Source: Eledone cirrhosa (Eukaryota). From it: a stretch of DNA of 64,000 nucleotides. Of the stretch, positions 47,629 through 63,813 are shown one piece after another. The notes under the pieces are model-generated. The model saw only the letters and a program-made list of their open reading frames with translations. It searched no databases and had not been told where the DNA came from. How positions within the stretch are numbered: position 1 is the stretch's first letter; each line of letters begins with the position of its first letter. The translations under genes and the position numbers were made by a program. The stretch covers positions 36,890,001 to 36,954,000 of the forward strand of contig OZ024749.1 of NCBI GenBank assembly GCA_964016885.1, in the 5' to 3' direction.

Positions 47629-47932
47629 TAGTACAAGTGGTCAAACCCCTTCCAAAGAAATGAGTGCCCTTAACGTGGTCCCTAGGGCGATTCAGCGTCA
47701 CCTATAGTTCACCAAGGGGATGTATTACCTAGGGTTTGTTACTTTAGGAAAAGATTTACACACAGGAAATAAAACTTGCAAACATGGCTGTCGGTTTTGC
47801 ACTGATGCTTGACAGGGGTGAAAAGTTGAACGCGGGAATGTGACAGACGCAGCTCGTTTTGCTGACATTCTAGATGCATCACAAGGTATGTATGTATGTA
47901 TGATGTATGTATGTATGATGTATGTATGTATG

Positions 47933-48011
<79 letters not shown>

Positions 48012-48083
48012 GTGTGTGTGTATGTTTGCATGCACATATAAGTGTTTCTGTTGTGTGTGTCTGTGTTTGTATACGTACGTATC

Positions 48084-48159
<76 letters not shown>

Positions 48160-48259
48160 TTTATCTATCTATCCCTGTCTCTCTCCCCCTCTCACTCTAT
48201 TCACAGACACTCGAATACACACACACCTATACACATACATATATAAGTATATATATATA

Positions 48260-48301
<42 letters not shown>

Positions 48302-48338
48302 CACACACACACACACACACATACACACACACACACAT

Positions 48339-48372
<34 letters not shown>

Positions 48373-49866
48373 CTATAGCATGTACATAACATTACAATAT
48401 TTGAGTGCAAAGTCATGTGCATTTCAGTGCAATGTCTTGAATGAGAAGTTAACGAAAGTTGTCACGGGAAGCCTTCAGTTGTTCCTACCTCCTTGGGGTA
48501 CATTGTCTTGATGTATGGGCCCTAGCTACCCTCGTACCTCCCGATTTACTCCAGCAGGCGAGTAAGAGCGCGCTAAGAGAACACCTGTGTCTATAATACG
48601 CCACCAACTCCTCCACCATCATCACCAGCAACATCAACAAGTTCAACGTCATCATCAGCAACAACACCAAAAATCAAGCACCATCATCAGCACCACTATC
48701 ACCAACAACTCCATCAGCAAGCAGCACCATCACCAGCAGCACTATCACCGATACCGCCATTATTGTCAACACCTCACATCATCATCACCAACATCAAGCA
48801 CGCCTCCACCGCCCACACTATCCACCATCACTATCACCACCACACCACCGTCACTATCACCAACACCACCAACACCACCACCACCACCACCACCACCACC
48901 ACCGGCACCATCGCAAACTGTTATCGCCGTCACCTCCATCACCATCATCACAACAACCACCATCACTAACAGCAGCAGCAGTTCTCACCAATACACCACT
49001 ATCAACAACAGCAACAACAACAACAACAACAACAACAATAATATTATCACCAACTAAACCCCACCACCAATATATTTGACATCATCCCTACCGTACAACA
49101 ACTACAACAACAACAACAATAACTGTACAACGCCAAAAACAACAAAATCAAACCCACAGGAACACCTAACAACAACAACAACGACAACAACAGCAACAAC
49201 GACAATAACACCAAAAACAACGACAATAACAGCAACAATAACAATAACATCGACCACAACAACAACAAGAATAAGAACAAAGAAAACTGTATCGAGTTTA
49301 TTGCCAAGTAATGGCAGGTATGATCATCATGACTGAATTAATAAGACAAGACCACTTAAGACAGCTATTTATATACTGTGTAACAGCAACTTAATAGCTG
49401 GCCTGTTAAAATATTATTACATACTAACCTCCCCTTTATTTGACAGCAAGAGAAGGAGTGTTAAGGGGGTGGAGAGATTAAAGGGGGAAAGGGAAGGTAA
49501 TAGTGGCGTTGTAGGTGAGTAGGAGAGATGGTAGTGGAGAAGGTTAGGATAGGAAGTGGGGACAGTAGAAAGAGAGAGTGTATGTGAGTGTAAGAAGTGG
49601 TAAAGGGGTGCAAGCTGGCGGTGGATGCTCGGGGTGGGTAGTGGGCGATAACCAGGGTATTTGGTGTTAATGTTATTCAATAAAATCTAACATGCAGGAC
49701 AACAACAAAAAGAAAAGGAGGAAAAAGAATCCGTAACCAAATATATAAGTTCGGCTGCGTATGTATATGTGTGTGTTTGTATGTGTGCATGTATATGCGC
49801 ATGTATATATGTGCATGTATGAGAACATGCACATATACGCACTCACAGACACACACACACTCATAT

Positions 49867-49923
<57 letters not shown>

Positions 49924-49984
49924 TACACAGACACACATTTATACACACACACACACTCACACACATATATATATCTATATCTAT

Positions 49985-50020
<36 letters not shown>

Positions 50021-50375
50021 AGACACACACATACACAGAAACACATTTATACACACACACACACACACATATATATATATCTATATCTATACACACTCAC
50101 AGACACACATATATATATATATATATATATAGATACACACATACACAGACACACATTTATATACACACACACGCATACACACACACACACACACATACAC
50201 ACATACACATACACACATATATACATATATATATATACATATATACAAGTGCCACTCTGTGGTATATTTTCTAGCCCGCCAAAACTCGTTTTACCACGTC
50301 ACAGTATGATGGGGTAAATTGAAAAATGTACCCGTAAATAGAAGCCTGGAAAGCGACACATGTGCGCACATACAT

Positions 50376-50455
<80 letters not shown>

Positions 50456-50598
50456 ATATACACACATACATATACAGACATACATATATACATATACATA
50501 CACTCAAACAAACACACACGTCTACGCACACATAAACCTATACATACACGCAAGCATACATATAAATACACTCGACTTATATCAATACAGGCGTATGA

Positions 50599-50671
<73 letters not shown>

Positions 50672-50949
50672 TGTGTGTGTATGTGTATATATGTTTGTGT
50701 GTGAGTGTAGCTCTCTCTCTGTATATATATATACATATATATATATATACATATATATGTATATATCTCTCTCTCTATATATATACATATATATGTATAT
50801 ATATATATACATATATATGTTTATATATATATACATATATATGTATATATCTATATATATATATATATGTATATATATGTATATATATATATGCATATAT
50901 ATTCATATATATGTGTATATATATATATATATGCATATATATTCATATA

Positions 50950-50981
<32 letters not shown>

Positions 50982-51073
50982 CATATATATACATATATAT
51001 GTGTATATATATATATATACATATATATACATATATATGTGTATATATATATATATCTACATATATATACATA

Positions 51074-51177
<104 letters not shown>

Positions 51178-51694
51178 TACATAGACATAGAAAGAGACAG
51201 CAAGATGGCTGATAAGGGGAAGTTAATATATAAAAACAGGTGACAAATATGTTATATAGGTCGCCACTAAAAGACTGTCAAATGACCTGCTGTGTGTAAT
51301 GATATAACAATTGATTAAGGAACCAACTTTGTTAAATCTCTGCCTGGACATTGGACCCTCTGGCATAATACTCTACCTCCATTACTGCTGTTGCTACTGC
51401 ATCATATGACAGTGGTGGTGGTGGTGGTAGTGGTGGTAGTGGTGTTAGTGGTGGTGGTGGTGGTAGTAGTGGTGGTGGTGGTAGTGGTAGTAATGGTGGT
51501 AGTGGTGGTGGTGGTGGTGGTGGTGGTGGTGGTGGTAGTGGTGGTGGCGGTAGTGGTGGTAGTGGTGGTGGTAGTGGTGGTGGTAGTGGTGGTAGTGGTG
51601 GTAGTGGTGGTGGTGGTAGTGGTGTTGTTGTGGTGGTGGTGTCTAGCTAACTATCATACAATTAGTGGACATTGGATTTTACATATACACACAC

Positions 51695-51774
<80 letters not shown>

Positions 51775-51812
51775 GTGTGTGAGTCTATATATATACATAC
51801 ATATATATATTC

Positions 51813-51851
<39 letters not shown>

Positions 51852-51857
51852 CAAATA

Positions 51858-51941
<84 letters not shown>

Positions 51942-52639
51942 CACACACATTAACAGAATACATAAACCGGGAATAAACTATAATAATTGTAAATTCTGTC
52001 ACACCGTTTGCCGCCCGTCCGAAGTTTTGTTGTATTGTTGCCCGTGTTATTCTTGTTGTTCTTGTAATGTTGATTTTGTTGCTGGAACTGATGTGGCGTT
52101 GATGATAACATGCCGGATTTAGGATGGTTACCGGGCAAATAATTAAGACTTGAGGTAGATACAGTGGTAAGGGCTAGATGAAATCAAATTGATCTTTGGA
52201 CATCTATTCAATTTCTTTTCTTATACTTGTCCTTTGTGTCGCTGGTGTGTTGTGTTGTTTTTGTTTTTGGTGGTGATGTTGACTTTTGATTTTATTGTTG
52301 TTGACTTTGCTTTGCTTTGCTTGGCTTTGCTTGGCTTTGCTTTCTCTGTATTTCTATAAATATTTCAGGGAAGCTCAGACGCTCACGTATACATATTTAT
52401 GTATACATATATACACACAGTGACACATACACACATATAAACACACATATACACACACATATTCACACATACATACACACTCGCCCCCCCCCCCCATATA
52501 TATATATATATATACATATATATAGTAATAATAATGTATAATAATAATAATGTAATAATAATAATTATATATGGTAATAAAGATGTGAAGACTAAAATCT
52601 GAAGAGGTCTCGATAAGGATTATATATAAGATTATATAT

Positions 52640-52676
52640 AAGTATATATATATATATATATATGTATATGTATATA

Positions 52677-52731
<55 letters not shown>

Positions 52732-52986
52732 GTATATATATATGTATATATATATATGTGTGTATATATATATATATGTATATATATATATGTATATGTA
52801 TATATATATGTATATATATGTATCTATATATATGTATATATATGTATATATATATGTATATATATATATATGTATATATATATATGTATATATGTATATA
52901 TATGTATATATATATGTATATATATATATATGTATATATATATGTATATATATATATATCTCTATATATATATATGTATAGATATA

Positions 52987-53071
<85 letters not shown>

Positions 53072-53080
53072 GTATATATA

Positions 53081-53129
<49 letters not shown>

Positions 53130-53206
53130 GTATATATATGTATATATATGTATATATATGTATATATATATATATATGTATATATATGTATATATATGTA
53201 TATATG

Positions 53207-53237
<31 letters not shown>

Positions 53238-53248
53238 GTATATATATG

Positions 53249-53286
<38 letters not shown>

Positions 53287-53298
53287 TATGTATATATG

Positions 53299-53332
<34 letters not shown>

Positions 53333-53360
53333 TATGTATATATATATATATATACATATG

Positions 53361-53398
<38 letters not shown>

Positions 53399-53406
53399 CA
53401 TATGTA

Positions 53407-53437
<31 letters not shown>

Positions 53438-53446
53438 ATATATGTG

Positions 53447-53515
<69 letters not shown>

Positions 53516-53618
53516 GTATATATATATATGTATGTATATATATGTATATATATATATGTATGTATATATATGTATATATATGTATATGTATATATATGTA
53601 TATATATGTATATGTATA

Positions 53619-53679
<61 letters not shown>

Positions 53680-53856
53680 GTATATATGTATATATATGTA
53701 TATATATATATGTATATATATGTATATATGTATATATATACATATGTATATATGTATATATATATGTATATATGTATATATATATATGTGTATATATATG
53801 TATATATATATGTATATATATATATATGTATATATATGTATATATATATATGTATA

Positions 53857-53899
<43 letters not shown>

Positions 53900-53962
53900 G
53901 TAAATATATATATATATATATGCATATATATGTATATATATATATATATATGTATATATATG

Positions 53963-53993
<31 letters not shown>

Positions 53994-54074
53994 GTATATA
54001 TATATATGTATATATATGTATATATATGTATATATATGTATATATATGTATATATATATGTATATATATGTATA

Positions 54075-54131
<57 letters not shown>

Positions 54132-54366
54132 GTATATATATATATATGTGTGTGTATATATATATCTATATATATGTATGTATATATATGTATATATACG
54201 TATATATATGCATATATATGTATATATATATGTATATATGTATATATATGTATATATGTATATATATGTATATATGTATATATATGTATATATATATGTA
54301 TATATATGTATATATATGTATATATATGTATATATATATGTATATATATGTATATATATGAGTATA

Positions 54367-54418
<52 letters not shown>

Positions 54419-54654
54419 TATATATGTATATATATGTATATATATATGTATATATGTATATATATGTATATATATATGTATATATATATATGTATATATA
54501 TGTATATATATGTATATATCTATATATATGTATATATATGTATATATATGTATATATGTATATATATGTATATATGTATATATATGTATATATGTATATA
54601 TATGTATATATATATGTATATATATGTATATATATATGTATATATATGTATATA

Positions 54655-54700
<46 letters not shown>
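52640..54700. repeat. About 2-kb (TA)n/(TATG) array, the largest of many such arrays (others at about 5.4-6.15, 8.1-9.1, 28.8-30.8, 43.2-43.8 and 50.7-51.2 kb)
   Basis: Direct reading. Confidence 0.97.
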
Positions 54701-54705
<5 letters not shown>

Positions 54706-55110
54706 TAACATGAAGTATTGTGAGATATGCAATACATGATTTATAGGTATTTCTGAAAGCCGGTATAATGCGGTACAAATATTTCAGGGGCAAAGAATGA
54801 CAAATAAAACAAAACCTAGTATATTTAAACATAATATTTCAGCGTTAAAACACTCTTTTCAAATGTAAAAAAACAAAACAAAAACAAAACAAACAAGTTA
54901 CTGTGTGTGTGCTTGCGTTCGCTAAAGGCAGATGAAATCAGCAATGGAAAAACCAATGCAAACATAGTTTACTTGTTGCGATCTGAAGATTGACGTCTTT
55001 CATTTCTCTTTGTCTCTTTTTTTCCCTATACCTACATACATACATACATATATACGAGTATATACATACATACATACATACATACATACATACATACATA
55101 CATACATACA

Positions 55111-55144
<34 letters not shown>

Positions 55145-55220
55145 CAAACATATATATATATATATACTACATACTATCTGATTAAAACGAAACCATAAAC
55201 AAAAACAAACAAACAACACA

Positions 55221-55311
<91 letters not shown>

Positions 55312-56358
55312 CTCACACATACATCCATAAACATACACACACACACACGCACACGCACACGCACGCGCGCACCCGCGCATACATATACACACACAGACAT
55401 ACATACATTTATATATATATTTAAGGAACATGAAGATCAAAAGATAGAAACCAAATGCAGAAGTCGTAAATATTCCAAGACACCAACAGTACCAAAGATG
55501 GAATATCTGTTTTCTATTTGCAGAAAACTTGGCACAACTAACCTTTTTGTAAAGATACTCTTTAGAGGAATTTAATTTCTGATTATAAATTGGAATTTGG
55601 CAGGAGGGATATATCTAGAATCTAGAAAGTTCCGTATTTAGAATAAAAACCATTGAGATATACTTTAATCAAACGGTAGAATCTGATTTAGTACAGTTTG
55701 TTTGTTTGTTTGTTTGTTTGTTTGTTTGTTTGTTTGTTTGTTGTTGTTGTTGTTGTTGTTGTTGTGGTTGTTGTTGTTGTTGTTCTTCTTCTTCTTCTTT
55801 TTCTTTTTCTTTTTCTTCTTCTTCTTCTTCTTCTTCTTCTTCTTCTTCTTCTTCTTCTTCTTCTTCTTCTTCTTCTTCTTCTTCGTCTTTTTCTTCTTCT
55901 TCTTCTTCTTCTTCTTCTTCTTCTTCTTCTTCTTCTTCTTCTTCTTCTTCTTCTTCACTAGACACACACAAATACATATACATACACTCATAGATATACA
56001 CACACCTCCATATATACCAACACACACACACACATACATGTCCAACACCTCCTAACTACTCGCCAAATCACCGCCTTTTCCCCAAATCAACTAAGGTGAA
56101 ATTTAAATTTAATTTCGTTGCCAGTGAAACATACATACACTAACATATATAAATATATATATATACAACGTGTAAGTAGTAGTAGTAGTAGTAGCAGTTG
56201 TAGTAGTAACAACAGCAGTATTAGCAGCAGCACTGTTAATAGTAGTAGTAATAGTAGTAGTAGTAGCAGCAGCATCAGTAGTAATAGTAGTAGTAACAGC
56301 AGCAGCAGCTGTAGTAATAGTAGTAGTAGTAGTAGTAATAGCACTGATAGTAGTAGTG

Positions 56359-56392
<34 letters not shown>

Positions 56393-57011
56393 CACTGGTA
56401 ATAGTGGTGTTGGTAGTAGTAGCAGTAGCAGTTGTAGTAGTAGTAGTTGTTAACCCATTGGAGTTGAAGTAGAGTGCTTAAAAAGCTATAAACAACATTG
56501 GACGACAACTGGGGGTTCTTACTCTGGACTCCAGCGAGGGCCTCCATTCTCCACACCAACTGACTGTCTAAATGTCTTCCTCTTTAATAAGCAGGCTAGA
56601 TTTTCGTTTTATGACAGGCTCAATACTTTCTTTATATTTATGACGTCTTATAGATCTCTGGTAGTGACAGAAGGGGGAGAGAGAGAGAGAGAGCATGGGA
56701 GGTAGGTAGAGAGAGAGAGAGAGAGAGAGGGAGAAAGAAGAGTGAGGGCATGAGAGGGAGAAAAGGAGAGCATGGGAGGTTGATAGAGAGGAATATGAGG
56801 GAGAGTATAGGAGGTCGACGGAGAGGGAGAGAGGAAGAATTAGGTTGACTAGGCTGATGATAATGGCCCATCATTTTTTAGTCGTAGTTCGGTGAATTAT
56901 TGTAGTGCCACAGGGAGCCTGAAATAGCTGAAAGCCAAGGGGTTTGCCCACGAAATAATAGGGTCCAGGCTGTTAGCTGCAGGGGGGTAAGGATTGAAAT
57001 GCCAGAGAGGT

Positions 57012-57332
57012 CTGAAATATGTGAAAGGCTAGATGTAGACCATTGGTTAAAACACCGTGAAATATGCGAAAACTTAAGGACCTTGCCATGGATTAATACT
57101 CCCTGAAATATCAGAAAGCCTAGGGATCCAGTTATGAGTTAATACACACTGATATATCCGAAAGCCTACGGCCCGACTATGGGTTTATACTGCCCGAAAT
57201 ATCCAAACGTTTCGGGATTCAGCTGTATGTTAATACACCCTAAAATATGCAAACGCCTAGGGACCCAGCCTTGGGTTAATACATTCAGAAATATCCGCAA
57301 TCCTAGGTACTCAGTCATGGGTTAATACAAGC
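57012..57332. repeat. Diverged 45-46 bp tandem repeat, 7 copies
   Basis: Consensus about ctgaaatatccgaaagcctagggacccagccatgggttaatacacc; units start near 57013, 57058, 57104, 57150, 57195, 57241, 57287. Confidence 0.8.
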
Positions 57333-58489
57333 CAGACTGTCAGTTGCAGCGGAATAAAAGATTGAAGTTCCTGATGTGGTGGGCTGAAATATGTGAAAGC
57401 CTAGTTTAATACGGCTCTTGTAGAGATCCATATGTTGATCAGAATATATAATGTTGTTTGCACTGTAAACAGTCTCTACAGCAGCTGGTTTAATAAATTA
57501 TAATAAAGCCGTTAGAAGAAACTGTTAAAATGTGAATAATATCCTGTCGGCCATCTTTGTACAGTTATATGATAGGAAGCCATTTGTGTAACTCCCTCTG
57601 GTTTGTCTACATGTCTGTATAACTGTGACCTGTACTCCCAGCTGGTCATGTCCATAGGGTGCCCCAGGATAAGGACCTGCAGGGAGCCACCCAGGACGCA
57701 GACCACAAATAAGTGCATTACAGAATCCTAAAGGGTCAGATTTCTTTTTCTGTTTTTACAAATCTCTGTAATTACGTATAATAATTTTGTGCAATCTATA
57801 GATAAATCACTAAATATCTTTTCCACCACCACCACCACCACCACCACCACCACCACCACCAGCAGCAGCAGCAGCATCGACACCACCACCACAACCACGT
57901 ATCACTTTTAACTACGCCCCAACCACACCATAGTATACCATACCACACCATACTATACTATTATATACCATACCATATGATATCATCACTCCTACCAAAA
58001 CTCCCACTCTCCCCTGCTCCTTCTACCCCCCCCCCCTCTCTCTCTCTCTGCCACATCCTCTCTCTCTCTCCTCTGCTCCTCTCTCTCTCTCTCTCTCTGC
58101 CACATCCTCTTTCTCTCTCTCTCTCCACTTCCTCTCTCTCTTTCTCTCTGTCCCCCCTCTCTCTCTACTCCCCCCTCTCTCTCTCTCTACTCCCCCTCTC
58201 TCTCTCCACATCCTCTCACCAATAAAATCCAATCCATTAGGAGAGGAGTGGAAGTGAGAGGAGAGGGAGAGAGTAAGGGGAGGTAACAATCATATTTTCG
58301 ACGTACGACGACAACAATGTAGAGAGATGGTTTTCTGTTTTCGCCATGGGTGGCCACCACATAGGACACCCCCTCCTCTCCAACATTACTCTCACCCTCT
58401 CCCTGATCCTGACACCTCTTCTCCGGCCCTCCTCCTTCCTCATGTTGGCCTAAATTTGAATCATATCGAATGGTGGAGGCTGGGGGACT

Positions 58490-58579
<90 letters not shown>

Positions 58580-58585
58580 CACACG

Positions 58586-58620
<35 letters not shown>

Positions 58621-59011
58621 ACGCACACACACTCACACAACCCCCCCCCACACGCACGCGCGCGCGCGCAGATATACACACAATCACCAACACATGCATC
58701 AACTCACAGACACACACACACACATATACACACACTCACCAACACATGCATATATTCACAGACGCACACAAACACACGCACACATCCACACACACACAAC
58801 AGCAACACACTCAGCAACACATGGATCAACTCACAGATATACACACACACACACACACACACCAACACATGCATCAACTCACAGACACACATACGTACAC
58901 AGACGCACACACATACACACGCACCAACACACTCACCAACACATGCATCAACTCACACACACACCCACACACTCACACACACACACACACACACACACCA
59001 ACACACCCACA

Positions 59012-59044
<33 letters not shown>

Positions 59045-59194
59045 CTGATTCTGGGTCAACTCTCTATCTGGGGGAAGTGGGGGAGGGTAGTTGAACAGTG
59101 ACATTGCAGAGATCAAATCTGGCTGATCAATACCACCACCTCCACCATCATCATCACCCCCCCCTCTTCCAGTCCTCCTCCTCCTCCTCCTCCA

Positions 59195-61495
59195 CATCAT
59201 CATCATCATCATCACCACCACCACCACCACCACCACCATCACCATCATCATCACTATCACCATCATCACCACCATCATCATCACCATCACCATCATCACC
59301 ACCACCGCCACCACCACCATCATCATCATCCCCACCATCATCATCATCATCACCACCACCACCACCATCACCATCATCATCACTATCACCATCATCACCA
59401 CCATCATCCTCACCATCATCATCATCACCATCATCATCATCACCACCACCACCACCACCACCACCATCACCATCATCATCACTATCACCATCATCACCAC
59501 CATCATCCTCACCATCATCATCATCACCACCATCATCATCACCACCACCACCATCACCACCACCACCATCACCGCCACCACCACCATCACTATCACCACC
59601 ACCACCACCATCACCACCACCACCACCACCACCACCATCCTCATCACCATCATCATCATCACCACCATCATCATCACCATCATCACCAACACCACCACCA
59701 TCATCATCATCACCACCACCATCATCATCATCATCACCACCATCATCATCACAACCATCACCACCACCACCAGCACCATCATCATCACCACCACCACCAC
59801 CACCATCATCACCACCACCACCACCACCACCACCACCATCACCACCACCACCACCACCACCACCATCACCATCACCACCACCACCACCACCACCACCATC
59901 ATCACCATCACCACCACCACCACCACCACCACCACCACCACCACCACCACCACCACCACCACCACCATCATCACCATCACCACCACCACCACCACCATCA
60001 CCACCACCACCACCACCACCATCATCACCACCACCACCACCACCACCACCACCATCACCACCACCACCACCACCACCACCATCATCACCATCACCACCAC
60101 CACCACCACCACCACCACCATCACCACCACCATCACCACCACCACCATCACCACCATCATCACCACCACCACCACCACCACCACCACCACCACCATCATC
60201 ACCATCACCACCACCACCACCACCACCATCACCACCACCACCACCACCACCACCATCATCACCATCACCACCACCACCACCACCACCACCACCACCACCA
60301 CCACCACCACCACCACCACCACCACCATCATCACCATCACCACCACCACCACCACCACCATCACCACCACCACCATCACCACCACCATCACCACCATCAC
60401 CACCATCATCACCACCACCACCATCACCACCATCATCACCACCACCACCACCACCACCACCACCACCACCACCACCACCATCACCACCACCACCATCACC
60501 ACCATCATCACCACCACCACCACCACCACCACCACCACCACCATCATCACCATCACCACCACCACCACCACCACCATCACCACCACCACCACCACCACCA
60601 CCATCACCACCATCACCACCATCATCACCACCACCACCACCACCACCACCACCACCACCACCATCATCACCACCACCATCACCACCACCACCACCACCAC
60701 CATCACCACCACCACCATCACCACCACCACCACCATCACCACCACCACCATCACCACCATCATCACCACCACCACCACCACCACCACCACCACCACCATC
60801 ATCACCACCACCATCACCACCACCACCACCACCACCATCATCACCACCACCACCATCACCACCACCATCACCACCACCACCACCACCACCATCACCACCA
60901 CCACCACCACCACCACCACCACCATCACCACCACCATCATCACCACCACCACCATCACCACCACCACCACCACCACCACCACCACCACCACCACCACCAT
61001 CACCACCACCACCACCACCACCATCATCACCACCACCACCATCACCATCATCACCACCACCACCACCACCACCATCATCACCATCACCACCACCACCACC
61101 ACCACCACCACCATCACCATCACCACCACCACCACCACCACCACCATCATCACCATCACCACCACCACCACCACCACCACCACCACCACCACCACCACCA
61201 CCACCACCACCATCATCACCATCACCACCATCACCACCACCATCATCACCACCACCACCATCACCACCACCACCACCACCACCACCACCACCACCACCAC
61301 CACCACCATCACCACCACCACCACCACCACCACCACCACCATCACCACCACCATCATCACCACCACCACCATCACCACCACCACCACCACCACCACCACC
61401 ACCACCACCACCACCATCACCACCACCACCACCACCACCACCATCACCATCACCACCACCACCACCATCACCACCACCACCATCACCATCATCAT
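59195..61495. repeat. 2.3-kb (CCA/TCA)n trinucleotide array
   Basis: Almost exclusively CCA and TCA triplets. Confidence 0.97.
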
Positions 61496-61975
61496 TGTTG
61501 TTGATGTCATAAAATAACAATGTCCGAGCCATTCGTTTTCTACCAAGATGAAAAAAAAAAAAAATTCAAAAATTCAAACTGATAAATCTAAAATTTAGAT
61601 ATATATTCAAATTCTAATATATATTTAAATTTAAATGTATATTGAACTGTAAATATATATATTTAAATTTAAATTTAAATGTCACCCTATCAGTGTCAAC
61701 CAACTAAAATAGATTTTTAGTTTTATTTTATTAAGAACAACCAAACACAAGCATTGTAAAATATTATGGAAGGATTGATGTGTCTGTGTGTGTGGGTTTG
61801 AAAGGGAAATAAATTTATAAAATTACAAAATATAATCTTCCGGGATGTGAGTGACGTGACGTAATTAATATACACACACTTCTTCTTTCTCTGTCTCTTC
61901 CCGTATGTATGTATGTATGTATGTATGTATGTATGTATGTATGTATGTATGTATGTATGTATGTATGTATGTATG

Positions 61976-62245
61976 TGGGACTGGCTTTGTGCAGTGCCTT
62001 TGCTCACTATAAAAGCTTCACGGCACAGGCATTGCTTTATATCTGGAGATCTCTCTGCACTTGTCATCACATGGTACCATGGGCCCAGCACTATGTGTCA
62101 ATAATTGTCACAAGTATAGTGTTTGTACCAGAGTTTTCAAGTCGCTGGCTGGACTAAAAAGCCACACTCGTTCAGCGCATCGGTAGGGGTTCTCCTACAT
62201 GGATATAAAGTAGTGGCCGTACTCGAAAACGAGTTGGCAGCCACC
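61976..62245 (+). mobile_element. 5'-truncated copy of the non-autonomous RTE-derived element
   Basis: Nearly identical to 17892-18161; flanked by (TATG)n. Confidence 0.88.
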
Positions 62246-62296
62246 ATGTATGTATGTATGTATGTATGTTTGTATGTATGTATGTATGTATGTATG

Positions 62297-63262
62297 TGAT
62301 GCTTTTGGAAAACTGAACAAGCGTCTCTGGTCTCAACACGGAATTTCGGTAAAGACAAAGCTCAAAGTGTATCATGCGTGCGTGCTCGCGGCACTTCTTT
62401 ATGCTTGCGAGACGTGGGTGGTCTACCGTAGACAGATGAAGCGACTTGAGAGGTTCCACCAGTACTGCTTACGTCGGATCCTTGGCATAACTTGGCAAAT
62501 GTTTGTCAGTGACGTCGAGGTTCTGGACAGAAGTGGCTGTGATAGTGTCGAGTCCTTGATTTTGAAACATCAGCTGCGCTGGACAGGCCATCTTGTAAAG
62601 ATGAATGACAAGCGAATGCCGAAGCAGCTGCTTTATGGCGAGCTCCAATTGGGAAAAAGGAACGCGAGCAAACCCAAGATGCGTTTTAAGGACTGCATTA
62701 AGGGGGCGGGGCGCTCAAGAAAAGTAACATCCCTTGTGAGCACTGGGAAGCATGCGTCAGCGACCGATCGTATTGGAGGAAAGCAGTGGCTGGTGGCAAG
62801 AGTCTATTTGAGGAAACAAGAAGAAGGCACGTGACACTAAAAAGAGATGTCCGGAAAGGAATCCATGTTGGCCTTCCCGAAGGCACTGACAGACGGCCTG
62901 ACCTGACATGTGAGACCTGTAATAGGGTTTGTCTGAGCATGGCAGGTCTAAAGAGTCACCTGAGAGTGCACAAGAACAGGGAAGCAGGCACCTGTGGAGC
63001 TATAAGTGTTCATCAGACGACGACATGTAATGTTTGTGGAAGGGTATGCAGGTCGAGTAGTGATCTCACACGACACCTTGGGTCACATGGTACCATGGGC
63101 CCAGCACTAGGTGTCAATAATTGTCACAAGTGTCGTGTTTGTACCAGAGTTTTCAAGTCGCTGGCTGGACTAAAAAGCCACACTTGTTCAGCGCATCGGT
63201 AGGGGTTCTCCTACATGGATATAAAGTAGTGGCCGTACTCGAAAACGAGTTGGCAGCCACCA
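62297..63262 (+). mobile_element. 5'-truncated RTE-clade LINE with three C-terminal C2H2-type zinc fingers and an (ATGT)n tail
   Basis: TKLKVY..CVL..LLYACETW, RFHQ.CLRRIL.I.W, QLRW.GH..., RMPKQLLYGEL; frameshift near 62705; CETC..SHLRVH, CNVC..RHLGSH, CRVC..SH; stop at 63202. Confidence 0.92.
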
Positions 63263-63381
63263 TGTATGTATGTATGTATGTATGTATGTATGTATGTATG
63301 TATGTATGTATGTATGTATGTATGTATGTATGTATGTATGTATGTATGCATGCATACACGCACATATATATACAATTTATG

Positions 63382-63446
<65 letters not shown>

Positions 63447-63574
63447 TGGTTGTTTATCGACACCTAAGTATGCAGGTTGGAGCACTCGACGAAGTACGCA
63501 GGTTGGTTTGTTTACTCCGGAGTAATGTAAAATAAGTAAGTCAAACATGTTAAATTTGGCTTCGTTTATTATAA

Positions 63575-63632
63575 ATTCTCTGATATATATATTTCAGTAA
63601 CACATATTTGGCTGTGACCTCATCAGGGGCAG
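63575..63632 (-). ncRNA. Degenerate hammerhead-like motif
   Basis: Minus: CTGATGA GGTCACA...TGTGTTACT GAAA TATATATA TC; stem I does not pair well. Confidence 0.4.
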
Positions 63633-63775
63633 TACGAATAAATGTAGAAAGAACAGATAAACATGTTGTTGAAATGTGTTCCACTCAGTCAATTCATCGA
63701 TATTTCCAGTTTCTGAGTGTGTTATTAGTTAGTCCTACTAGTAGGAACTGGAATCACACACACATACACACACAC

Positions 63776-63813
<38 letters not shown>

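Noticed and set aside
48587-49057. His/Gln/Pro-rich ORF
   Set aside because: Low-complexity CAN/CCA repeat with no recognisable domain
52375-54832. Long ORFs up to 746 aa of YIYI type (also elsewhere in the window)
   Set aside because: Translations of (TA)n microsatellite, which lacks stop codons
58973-61546. ORFs of about 800 aa resembling extensin or formin proline-rich proteins
   Set aside because: Pure trinucleotide repeat, open in several frames, with no domain or clear splice context
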